Under the pieces are notes generated by a model. The model was given only the letters and a program-made list of their open reading frames with translations, searched no databases and was not told the DNA's origin. Shown in pieces: positions 56,525 to 63,678 of a stretch of DNA of 64,000 bases (positions within the stretch are counted from its first letter, which is position 1; every line of letters starts with the position of its first letter). The stretch is from a virus. The position numbers and the translations under genes are program-made. Location of the stretch: the IMG/VR virus record IMGVR_UViG_3300009506_000002, positions 78,378 to 142,377 of that record, one strand, 5' to 3'.

Positions 56525-56760
56525 GGGTTCAACCTCTTCCATTCTTTCAGCAACAGCTCTTTGACTTTTTCAAAGCCACTCTCCCGAGCTTTGGCTCCCA
56601 CGTAACGGGTTGCCATGTTGATGTCCCTGACGAATGCTTTCTGCTCTTCACTGAAGAACACATCTGCCAAGAACGCATGAGCCAGCACAGCAGGACACTT
56701 TTCACTTTCAACCACCATGACCTGGTTCTCATTCAACGGAAATTCAATTTGCATGATCAA
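56521..56760 (-). CDS. Hypothetical protein, paralogue of 55710-55937
   Basis: Promoter TTGACA-N17-TAGAGT at 56778-56806; AGGAG. Confidence 0.7.
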   Translation of the reverse strand: MIMQIEFPLNENQVMVVESEKCPAVLAHAFLADVFFSEEQKAFVRDINMATRYVGAKARESGFEKVKELLLKEWKRLNP

Positions 56761-56815
56761 CTCCTTTCAATGGTGTAACTCTACACGAATCAGGAGCACT
56801 TGTCAAGCAAAGAAT

Positions 56816-56901
56816 TGGAGTCGCCAGAGGGAATCGAACCCTACGAGCCTTAGCTAAACGGTTTTGCAGACCGTTCCTAGATCCATCTGGGCACTGACGA
56901 C
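56816..56901 (-). tRNA. tRNA-Cys(GCA) with 8/4, tRNA-Sec-like fold
   Basis: 8-bp acceptor, 4-bp T-stem, long D-stem, variable arm, U73. Confidence 0.8.
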
Positions 56902-56902
56902 A

Positions 56903-56977
56903 TGGAGCCCCTGAGAGGAATCGAACCCCTATCCCTGGTTTAGAAGACCTGTATTCTGTCCGTTGAACTACAGGGGC
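56903..56977 (-). tRNA. tRNA-Arg(TCT)
   Basis: Cloverleaf with CCA. Confidence 0.85.
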
Positions 56978-56982
56978 ATGTC

Positions 56983-57057
56983 TGGTTCCCAGCAGGAGAA
57001 TCGAACTCCTATTTCATCCATACCAGGGATGTGTAATAGCCTTTATACTAGCCGGGA
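56983..57057 (-). tRNA. tRNA-Thr(GGT)
   Basis: Cloverleaf with CCA. Confidence 0.85.
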
Positions 57058-57115
57058 ATATGACGCTGACGACTAGCGTGCAGCGCAACTCTTTCTGCCA
57101 ATGGCAGAAGAGATT

Positions 57116-57190
57116 TGGTACTCCGACGGGGAATCGAACCCCGACCTCGAGATTGAGAGTCTCGTGATCTAACCGTTAATCTACCGGAGC
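57116..57190 (-). tRNA. tRNA-Glu(CTC)
   Basis: Cloverleaf with CCA. Confidence 0.9.
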
Positions 57191-57493
57191 ATGTTTGAGA
57201 ATTACCTCGTCACTGATCTTGTACGCCAACACAGCTTCCTGCTCGTAGTAGGCGATTGTCAAGTCAACAACGCGATCAATCTCTTCACGAGTGGCAATCA
57301 ACCTTACAGGAATCATCCTCTCATGAAATTCAACGCCATCAGGGTTGACCCACTTGCCTTTGGCTGGAGTCAAGATTGTCATGCCACCAGAGATGGCTTT
57401 GACTTTTTCATCCCATACCCTGTGGAATCTGGTTCTGATTGGTCTGCCATCATTCCTGATGGTAGGAACCAAAATTTCCCACATTCCCCTCAT
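57176..57493 (-). CDS. Conserved phage hypothetical protein
   Basis: WEILVPT...ISGGMTI..P.KGKW...ERMIPVR...YYEQEAV. Confidence 0.75.
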   Translation of the reverse strand: MRGMWEILVPTIRNDGRPIRTRFHRVWDEKVKAISGGMTILTPAKGKWVNPDGVEFHERMIPVRLIATREEIDRVVDLTIAYYEQEAVLAYKISDEVILKHAPVD

Positions 57494-57507
57494 TGCGCAA
57501 CCCTCGC

Positions 57508-57675
57508 TTAGCCCATCTCACGGGCAATCTCTTTCCTGTCATCGTTGGCAACGCCCTCGACGAACGGCAAAGTGTTGCGAATGAACACACGAAAATCTGC
57601 ATCGGACAATTTCGCATTGTCAACGTTTGCAGCTATCGTCTGTACAAAATTCTTTGCTCTCACCTTCGCTCTCAT
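57508..57675 (-). CDS. Hypothetical protein
   Basis: AAGGAG RBS right after tRNA CCA. Confidence 0.6.
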   Translation of the reverse strand: MRAKVRAKNFVQTIAANVDNAKLSDADFRVFIRNTLPFVEGVANDDRKEIAREMG

Positions 57676-57691
57676 GATCAACTCCTTCAAA

Positions 57692-57768
57692 TGGTGCCGC
57701 CCACCGGGCTCGAACCGATAACCTGCGCCTTACGAGTGCGCTGCGCTGCCAGATTGCGCCAGAACGGC
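57692..57768 (-). tRNA. tRNA-Thr(CGT)
   Basis: Cloverleaf with CCA. Confidence 0.85.
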
Positions 57769-57776
57769 ATATAAAT

Positions 57777-57852
57777 TGGAGCGGCTACGGGGACTCGAAC
57801 CCCGACCTTCTGGTTGGAAGCCAGACATGCTGCCATTGAACACCATAGCCGC
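57777..57852 (-). tRNA. tRNA-Gly(TCC)
   Basis: Cloverleaf with CCA. Confidence 0.9.
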
Positions 57853-58046
57853 ATTATAGTGGAGCAGCGACTTTGTTACAGACACCATCGCGCGCGGTGC
57901 CTAACGGCATTGCTCCACTCCCCGTTTGTGACTCAGGTACGACAGGACGACCTTACAATCCGATTCTTTGAGATCGGCTAACTCCCGGCCCTTTTCCGTC
58001 AGCGTGGGGTTGGTACTGCACAGAGGAACGTCAACTCCTCTTGATA

Positions 58047-58120
58047 TGGTGCGGTCCGAGGGAATCGAACCCTCATCTCCTGGCTGGCAACCAAGTGTCC
58101 TTTCCGAACATCAGCGCTGC
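58047..58120 (-). tRNA. Degenerate tRNA-Gly(GCC); 5' acceptor strand mismatched
   Basis: Intact anticodon and T arms, CCA; 5' strand overlapped by ORF end. Confidence 0.55.
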
Positions 58121-58275
58121 AATCTTGCAAGCGCGGCCTGAGACTGTTCGTCTCCCGGACAACGCTTCAGGTGACGCGCAATGCGACGAACCTTGTTGGT
58201 CTTCCATCGCATACTGGCATTGTAGTTCGCCTTACAGGGTCTCTTTTTGCGCCCTGGATTGTGCTTTGCGGCCAT
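58111..58275 (-). CDS. 54-aa basic protein (not in ORF track)
   Basis: MAAKHNPGRKKRPC...ARHLKRCPGDEQS; GGAG RBS. Confidence 0.6.
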   Translation of the reverse strand: MAAKHNPGRKKRPCKANYNASMRWKTNKVRRIARHLKRCPGDEQSQAALARLQR

Positions 58276-58419
58276 TTCTCCACTCCTTCACAAGATAATA
58301 TATGACTCCGCCAATGAAGATGATCTTCAAGGCGAATGAAAACAATACCCAGGCTATGATAAAGTCATTGTTCATGCGTTTACCTCACGTCACGAAGTAT
58401 TTATCATGCCTCTTTTATA

Positions 58420-58494
58420 TGGAGCCCCAGCACGGAATCGAACCGCGTTCTCTCGCTTACAAGGCGAGGCATCATCCCTAAATGTTTCAGGGGC
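58420..58494 (-). tRNA. tRNA-Thr(TGT)
   Basis: Cloverleaf with CCA; promoter at 58515-58543. Confidence 0.8.
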
Positions 58495-58552
58495 CTATGT
58501 AACCTCTGATGTGAATTGTACAGCAATCAGAGGTCTTTGTCAACATCTTTTT

Positions 58553-58644
58553 TGGTAGTCGCCCAGGGATTCGAACCCCGTCTAGGCCGCTAATCTGGCG
58601 GCAAAGCGGATATAAGCCGCTCTCGCGTACCAACGCCGACGACC
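58553..58644 (-). tRNA. Atypical tRNA, anticodon TAT, long variable arm
   Basis: 4-nt D-loop, 6-bp anticodon stem, GCCGC/GCGGC variable stem, CCA. Confidence 0.7.
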
Positions 58645-59244
58645 TTATTGAGCCAGTCGGAACCCACGAATGAAGTCAACCAACTGCGATTCCCACAGTG
58701 TGTACTTACCAACTTCCTTCTCGTGATCAACAAACTCTCGAGCAATGCTGCCGAGGCCTAGCTTCTGCTCAGAGTTCTCTGCCCAATACTGCTCCTCACG
58801 TATGCAGCCAACAAACTCCTCAAAGTTGAGCGGATAGTTGCCATAAGGAGTCTGAAAGTGCTTGAACACTCCGCGCCACTTGTCGAGGGCGCCCCAGATC
58901 TTCTCAGGCACAATGATGGCAACGTTAGTCAGAATGTTGTGAAGTGAATCGTAGTCTTCGAAGAAGTCACTCCACGGATATGGGTTGTTCGCCGAGCTGA
59001 AAAGCTGACGAATCTCCTGCATGGTTTTGTTGTTGCCACCATTCAGGCAGTAAACGATAGGCGATGGTGCCCACTCCCATACCATCTGTGCCGCGCTGTC
59101 ATCGCCCATGCGATACTTGAGCGCAAGAGCAATTCCCGCGTGATGCGCTTGGATGCCCTGCTGAATACTCGACAGATAAAAGTTGCCAAAGTGGTATGCC
59201 CGGAGGCCGTGGTCGTTGTCGCTCAAATTTCCTTTCATGATCAT
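58645..59244 (-). CDS. Peptidyl-tRNA hydrolase (Pth2)-like phage protein
   Basis: YLSSIQQGIQAHHA, W..IVYCLNGG, FFED..L..ILTNVAI. Confidence 0.6.
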   Translation of the reverse strand: MIMKGNLSDNDHGLRAYHFGNFYLSSIQQGIQAHHAGIALALKYRMGDDSAAQMVWEWAPSPIVYCLNGGNNKTMQEIRQLFSSANNPYPWSDFFEDYDSLHNILTNVAIIVPEKIWGALDKWRGVFKHFQTPYGNYPLNFEEFVGCIREEQYWAENSEQKLGLGSIAREFVDHEKEVGKYTLWESQLVDFIRGFRLAQ

Positions 59245-59425
59245 CTCCTGTTGACGCCCTATACGCCCTTTGAAGTCATTATTAGTCGAATTGCTTTAGT
59301 CAAGTTGCCTTCAGTCTTTCGGAGCGCTTGGAGCGCTTCTACGAAGCTACAGGCGGTTCTAAAACGTAGTATCTGAACCTTCTTCTGAAGGTCGCTTCCC
59401 ATTCATCATAGTTACCTCCTCATAT

Positions 59426-59502
59426 TGGTACTTCCTGAAGGAATCGAACCTTCTCGCCTCTCCTTGTAAGGGAGCGTCCTTCCCATTCGGACCCAAGGAA
59501 GC
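59426..59502 (-). tRNA. tRNA-Val(TAC)
   Basis: Cloverleaf with CCA. Confidence 0.8.
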
Positions 59503-59509
59503 ATAGAAC

Positions 59510-59584
59510 TGGCAGCCCGACAGGGACTCGAACCCCGATCTGCGGTTTTGGAGACCGCCATGATAGCCTTTACACCATCGAGCC
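59510..59584 (-). tRNA. tRNA-Trp(CCA)
   Basis: Cloverleaf with CCA. Confidence 0.9.
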
Positions 59585-59704
59585 ATATTGAGTGCGCACT
59601 ACTGTCTACGCCTCGGACGGTCGCTCCATCTCTGATAGCAAGCTACCAAAGATGTATCCACAAGAACCCCTACTTGGGATAACTTTCAGGGCTAGTGCCA
59701 CAAC

Positions 59705-59781
59705 TGGTGGGACGCCTGGGATTCGAACCCAGATCTCATAGGTTAAAAGCCTAGGATAATTGCCATTTATACTAACGACCC
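59705..59781 (-). tRNA. tRNA-Lys(TTT)
   Basis: Cloverleaf with CCA. Confidence 0.85.
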
Positions 59782-59788
59782 ATTGAAC

Positions 59789-59874
59789 TGGTGCGCCCTG
59801 TAAGATTCGAACTTACTCACCCGGAGGGAACAGTTTTACAGACTGCCGCAGCTCTCCCACTCTGCCGAGGACGC
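59789..59874 (-). tRNA. tRNA-Tyr(GTA)
   Basis: Class II cloverleaf with CCA. Confidence 0.85.
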
Positions 59875-59881
59875 ATGTTTT

Positions 59882-60030
59882 CTTAGGAGCCTACTGGAAT
59901 CGAACCAGTGATCAACGGCTTGTACCGTTCGGGATAACCCAACCCTGCGTTGCAGCTTCGGGAGCCATGCACAGCTCTGATCCTAATCTACGTACAGGAA
60001 GCCTTCCCACCAAATGCTACAGCCCCTAAG
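59882..60030 (-). ncRNA. tRNA-like 149-nt RNA without CCA
   Basis: Closing stem cttaggggct/ggctcctaag, T-arm actgg-ttcgatt-ccagt, large insert. Confidence 0.55.
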
Positions 60031-60033
60031 AAT

Positions 60034-60107
60034 TGGCTCCGCGAGAGGGGATCGAACCCCCATTTCCAGGTTAACAGCCTAGCGTGATGCCATTACACTA
60101 CCGCGGA
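60034..60107 (-). tRNA. tRNA-Asn(GTT)
   Basis: Cloverleaf with CCA. Confidence 0.9.
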
Positions 60108-60115
60108 ATATGAAT

Positions 60116-60191
60116 TGGTGGATCGCCCGGGACTCGAACCCGGATCTGTCAGATTAAGAGTCTGCGATAATAGCCATTATACGAACGATCC
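60116..60191 (-). tRNA. tRNA-Lys(CTT)
   Basis: Cloverleaf with CCA. Confidence 0.9.
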
Positions 60192-60194
60192 GTT

Positions 60195-61075
60195 TTGAAA
60201 CTCACCCTTATTGGTTCATACGAAGAACTGATCAATTCAGCGCATGAACTAATAAAAGTGCAAGCCTTTAGAATTTGCTTGCTTGATGCAGCTTTAGCTC
60301 TTGTACGCTTTGAGGTGCTACCCTCCAGCTTGAGAACCTTTCCACGAAGCGCCATGCTTCGTACTACACCATGACCGCCTTTTATTTTACTGGTCTGGCA
60401 TTTGACCACTAACGCAGGTTTACTCTAGGATCTCTTTCCTTACAACACCGGCCAAAGTGCTGCAAGTGCAGTCGTCCTAAACTCACCGCCGCCTTGCGAG
60501 CTTTGGTAAGTCCTCATTACTCCGAAGAGTTGAGGAATTAGGTCACTTTTCTACCTACGTGGGGCAACGTCTTTGCGTTTTTGATTTAATACAAAGTTGG
60601 AATTGAACCAACACAAGTTCCTTTAAAGGGAACCGACCTACCATTAGTCGATTTGTGAACCTACCACGATGAGCGTTGCCCTGTGACTTCATACCCTTTT
60701 GAGGCACAAAATATCACCCACCGAATGTCTTTTGCCTTGCTATCAGCTACTAAACCATACTCTACGACCCTGGCAGCAAGTGTACTACCAAACCCATATC
60801 ATATTGCTATCTTGCTCTAGGTTGCAACACCTCGAACTCAATAACTACCCTTTGACCATCAGATTTCGCTGGCTTGCATCCTTATGCCGATTTGCGGTCA
60901 GCATCGACTTCACCTTTGGTTATTACGATCAGTCTTTTCAGGTCCAACTTCAAACCTATCTCCCACCGGAGCAGAAGACGAGTGGTCTTGGCTTGCTTGA
61001 ATGAACCATCTCTGGCGGGGCGCTGTAGGAAGCACTTCCCCTTTCCTGGCTTTCACCATTTATTCTTGCGTTAGG
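60195..61075 (-). ncRNA. Large structured ncRNA, GOLLD-like (boundaries approximate)
   Basis: About 900 nt with no credible ORF inside tRNA array; own promoter at 61156-61184; many hairpins; segments such as AAGAATAAA and CCTCAAAAGGGTATGAAG recall GOLLD. Confidence 0.6.
60588..60658 (-). tRNA. tRNA-like module with anticodon TTA embedded in the large ncRNA
   Basis: D-arm gact-aatggta-ggtc, gttcc-CTTTAAA-ggaac, gttgg-TTCAATT-ccaac; weak acceptor, no CCA. Confidence 0.65.
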
Positions 61076-61191
61076 ACGTCAAGCCGTCCATTAAATTGTA
61101 AAAGCTTTTGTAACTTTCTGCGCTTGCGCGCTGGTCAGTCACTGTCTTGATGTGAACTCTACCACAACTGGGAGTTCTTGTCAAGCTCTTT

Positions 61192-61428
61192 TTAGCGGTA
61201 CTGCGGGAATGGTGTGAACTCTTTTCCCTTATTGTACGGTTTCGCCATCAGTGCAACGATCGCCTTTTCAGCGGCTGCCTTGTTGGCATAAACATACACG
61301 CCTTCTTTGTTGCTCAGAAGCTTGTTCTTGACTTTGTCGTAGATGTGATAGCGGCCTGTGGCCTTGCCATTACGTTCTCCGCGCAGCTCTTGTGACAGCT
61401 CCTGCTTCTTGGCGTTTGAAAGTGCCAT
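61192..61428 (-). CDS. Hypothetical basic protein
   Basis: AGGAG RBS; promoter at 61447-61475. Confidence 0.7.
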   Translation of the reverse strand: MALSNAKKQELSQELRGERNGKATGRYHIYDKVKNKLLSNKEGVYVYANKAAAEKAIVALMAKPYNKGKEFTPFPQYR

Positions 61429-61521
61429 GTCTTTCTCCTTATGCGTATTCTAGCACGCTCTGCAGACAAAGTCAAGCTCTTTCTGCAAACATAAATCGTT
61501 GAACTATTTATGTCTGCATGA

Positions 61522-61597
61522 TGGTAGGCGACCGGGGAGTCGAACCCACGTTCCCCAGATTAAACGTCTGGTGCTTCACCACTAAAGCTTTCCACCC
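61522..61597 (-). tRNA. Atypical tRNA-Lys(TTT) with G33 and bulged T-stem
   Basis: ccaga-CGTTTAA-tctgg; CCA. Confidence 0.55.
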
Positions 61598-61601
61598 ATA
61601 A

Positions 61602-61678
61602 TGGCTCCCTAGGTAGGATTCGAACCTACAACGTCTGGCTTAACAGGCCAGTGCCCCTGCCCTCAGGGCCCCTAGGGA
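61602..61678 (-). tRNA. tRNA-Asn(GTT)
   Basis: Cloverleaf with CCA. Confidence 0.8.
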
Positions 61679-61684
61679 ATAAAC

Positions 61685-61777
61685 TGGAGGAGAGTAGAGG
61701 AATCGAACCCCCAGGATGGTTCTAGCACCCTGCGCTAGTTTTCAAGACTAGTTGCGCTCCATTGCGCCGTACTCTCC
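61685..61777 (-). tRNA. tRNA-Ser(TGA), 8/4-compatible fold
   Basis: ggagagta/tactctcc acceptor, long variable arm, CCA. Confidence 0.85.
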
Positions 61778-61853
61778 ATTCTCGCCTGCACTACATCTTG
61801 AGGAATCCTCTTGCGCGCTGCATTCTTGTCTCCGACGAACGAACATGTCATGC

Positions 61854-61943
61854 TGGCGGGTAGTCAGGGAATCGAACCCTGGGAACGCTTTTACACGTTC
61901 TACGGTTTAGCAAACCGCTGCATTACCTCTCTGCCAACTACCC
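61854..61943 (-). tRNA. tRNA-Ser(GCT)
   Basis: Class II cloverleaf with CCA. Confidence 0.9.
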
Positions 61944-61950
61944 ATTGAAC

Positions 61951-62030
61951 TGGCGCGCCTGAAGGGATTCGAACCCCCATGTATCCAATTAGCCTTTCAA
62001 CTGGTTCGTAGCCAGAGGGCATACAGGCGC
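61951..62030 (-). tRNA. Rearranged tRNA-Arg(ACG) lacking a normal D-arm
   Basis: Acceptor and T-arm intact; CTACGAA loop right after position 9 region; D-loop-like AATTGGATA 3' of anticodon arm. Confidence 0.65.
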
Positions 62031-62036
62031 ATTCTT

Positions 62037-62291
62037 TTATTCAGTGAACACCACAACGGCATCCACACGCAGTCCTGATTCGAATACAGACTCGACATCA
62101 GTGCGGCACTTTACGAGCTCGTTTGATCTGCGGTTGATGGCAAAATCTGCAAGCTGCATGAGTTTGTATTCCAAGAACCCAGGACGGATTGAACCATCGG
62201 GTTCCTTACAGCTCTGCATGGCGTTATCTACATGCCTCATTGAGGAATAGTAGTAGGTCATATCTCCACGAACAACTTTGATCATCAACAA
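62037..62291 (-). CDS. Hypothetical protein
   Basis: AAGGAG RBS after tRNA CCA. Confidence 0.65.
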   Translation of the reverse strand: MLMIKVVRGDMTYYYSSMRHVDNAMQSCKEPDGSIRPGFLEYKLMQLADFAINRRSNELVKCRTDVESVFESGLRVDAVVVFTE

Positions 62292-62302
62292 ACTCCTTTC
62301 AA

Positions 62303-62376
62303 TGGATCACCGGGCTGGGGTCGAACCAGCATTGAAGGCTTCAAAGGCCCTTGTCCTGCCATTAGACGACCGGTGA
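62303..62376 (-). tRNA. tRNA-Gln(TTG)
   Basis: Cloverleaf with CCA. Confidence 0.9.
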
Positions 62377-62380
62377 ATAA

Positions 62381-62563
62381 TCACTTACACGAGCGAATGT
62401 ACTCATTGTGAAACTTACCTCTCACCTTAATGAAAGGGACGCCAGTAAGTCTCCAATAAATCATCTGACAAAAAGCAAGTGCAGCAGAAATCCAGATAAT
62501 TAGGTAAAAACCTGCGGCCAATAAGCCTACCTTGATTTCATCAGTTACTTCTCTCAAAGTCAT
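62381..62563 (-). CDS. Small membrane protein
   Basis: Hydrophobic helix; AAGGAG RBS. Confidence 0.6.
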   Translation of the reverse strand: MTLREVTDEIKVGLLAAGFYLIIWISAALAFCQMIYWRLTGVPFIKVRGKFHNEYIRSCK

Positions 62564-62579
62564 TCATCGCTCCTTCAAA

Positions 62580-62653
62580 TGGTCGGGGTAGGAGGAATCG
62601 AACCTCCGCTACGTGCTCCCAAAGCACGGGTGCTACCTCTATACCATACCCCG
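62580..62653 (-). tRNA. tRNA-Pro(TGG)
   Basis: Cloverleaf with CCA. Confidence 0.9.
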
Positions 62654-62654
62654 A

Positions 62655-62763
62655 TGGCGGCAAGGGAAGGATTCGAACCCCCATACTATCCTCACGGCGG
62701 CGCCTTGGATGACGGACCGTGAGAGCCTTACCATGCTATACTTGTTCGACGACGGAACTTGCA
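62655..62763 (-). ncRNA. tRNA-like RNA with T-arm and CCA but no anticodon loop
   Basis: gcaag/cttgc acceptor, ggggg-TTCGAAT-ccttc, ctcacgg/ccgtgag extended arm. Confidence 0.6.
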
Positions 62764-62770
62764 AGCTAAC

Positions 62771-62845
62771 TGGTACTCCGACGGGGAATCGAACCCCGAT
62801 CTTTGCCTTGAAAGGGCAACGATCTAACCGTTAATCTACCGGAGC
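62771..62845 (-). tRNA. tRNA-Glu(TTC)
   Basis: Cloverleaf with CCA. Confidence 0.9.
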
Positions 62846-62915
62846 ATAATGTGACCCCAATGGCTTTCAGTCTCTCCTAGGGTTCGGATTATCAACTGTT
62901 ACACCATACACAATC

Positions 62916-62992
62916 TGGTCGCCTGAGCAGGACTCGAACCTGCGTATGACACCGGTTATCAGCCGATCGCTAAACCCCTCAGCTACCAGGCG
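62916..62992 (-). tRNA. tRNA-Ile(GAT)
   Basis: Cloverleaf with CCA. Confidence 0.85.
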
Positions 62993-63000
62993 TTGTAAAC

Positions 63001-63078
63001 TGGCGGCCTAGACGAGATTCGAACTCGCAACCTCTCCCGTGACAGGGGAACGCTCTAACCAATTGGAGCTACTAAGCC
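63001..63078 (-). tRNA. tRNA-Asp(GTC)
   Basis: Cloverleaf with CCA. Confidence 0.9.
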
Positions 63079-63158
63079 ATGCCTCATTGCATCCTAAGGA
63101 CTCGCTCGCTTTGCAATGTGCTCTCACTTTGCTAGGGTGAGCAGCGTTTATCCGAATA

Positions 63159-63233
63159 TGGCGACCCGACGGGGAATCGAACCCCGATCTCCGGAGAGAC
63201 AGTCCAGTATGATGACCATTACACCACCGGGCC
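63159..63233 (-). tRNA. tRNA-Asp(GTC), second copy
   Basis: Cloverleaf with CCA. Confidence 0.85.
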
Positions 63234-63346
63234 ATGAATTGAGAATACACTAACAGGTTCGAACTGCTCGGGTCGGCTCTCGAGAGGGCCGTCCTTGATC
63301 CATCAACCTCGTCTTTCAGGACGTCCATGAGGCGATATTCTCAAAA

Positions 63347-63432
63347 TGGTGGAGCACCGTGGACTCGAACCACGAATGGAAACCATACTACCGGGTTACA
63401 GCCAGGTGCCTTGCCAATTCAGCCAGTGCTCC
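63347..63432 (-). tRNA. tRNA-Tyr(GTA), second copy
   Basis: Class II cloverleaf with CCA. Confidence 0.85.
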
Positions 63433-63629
63433 AAATGCGTCAAACAAGGACGCTATGTTTTTGTCTGCCTCAGGTCCCGCCAGCGATGTGCCTTTGTGAC
63501 CCTACTCCACCCGCGCAAACTCCGCGATCTGAATCGGCGCGCGGCCAGTGACGGCGGCGATCGAAACCGATTCGTGAAACGCATGGGTGATTGATCATGT
63601 GTTGATTCATCACCCACTCAACAAGTGTA

Positions 63630-63658
63630 ACTCTACCATGAAGTCAAGCTCTTGTCAA
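63630..63658 (-). promoter_or_regulatory. sigma70-type promoter in tRNA array
   Basis: TTGACA-N17-TAGAGT. Confidence 0.75.
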
Positions 63659-63678
63659 GTTCTTTTTTTCAACTTGCT

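Noticed and set aside
59882-60030. tmRNA
   Set aside because: GGGGCTG start and T-arm are present, but it is only 149 nt with no CCA and no tag reading frame; no matching second piece was found.
60588-60658. Genome-wide stop-codon reassignment implied by the UUA tRNA
   Set aside because: Core genes (gp32, gp41, UvsX-N) end normally at TAA, and conserved genes are not broken by in-frame stops.
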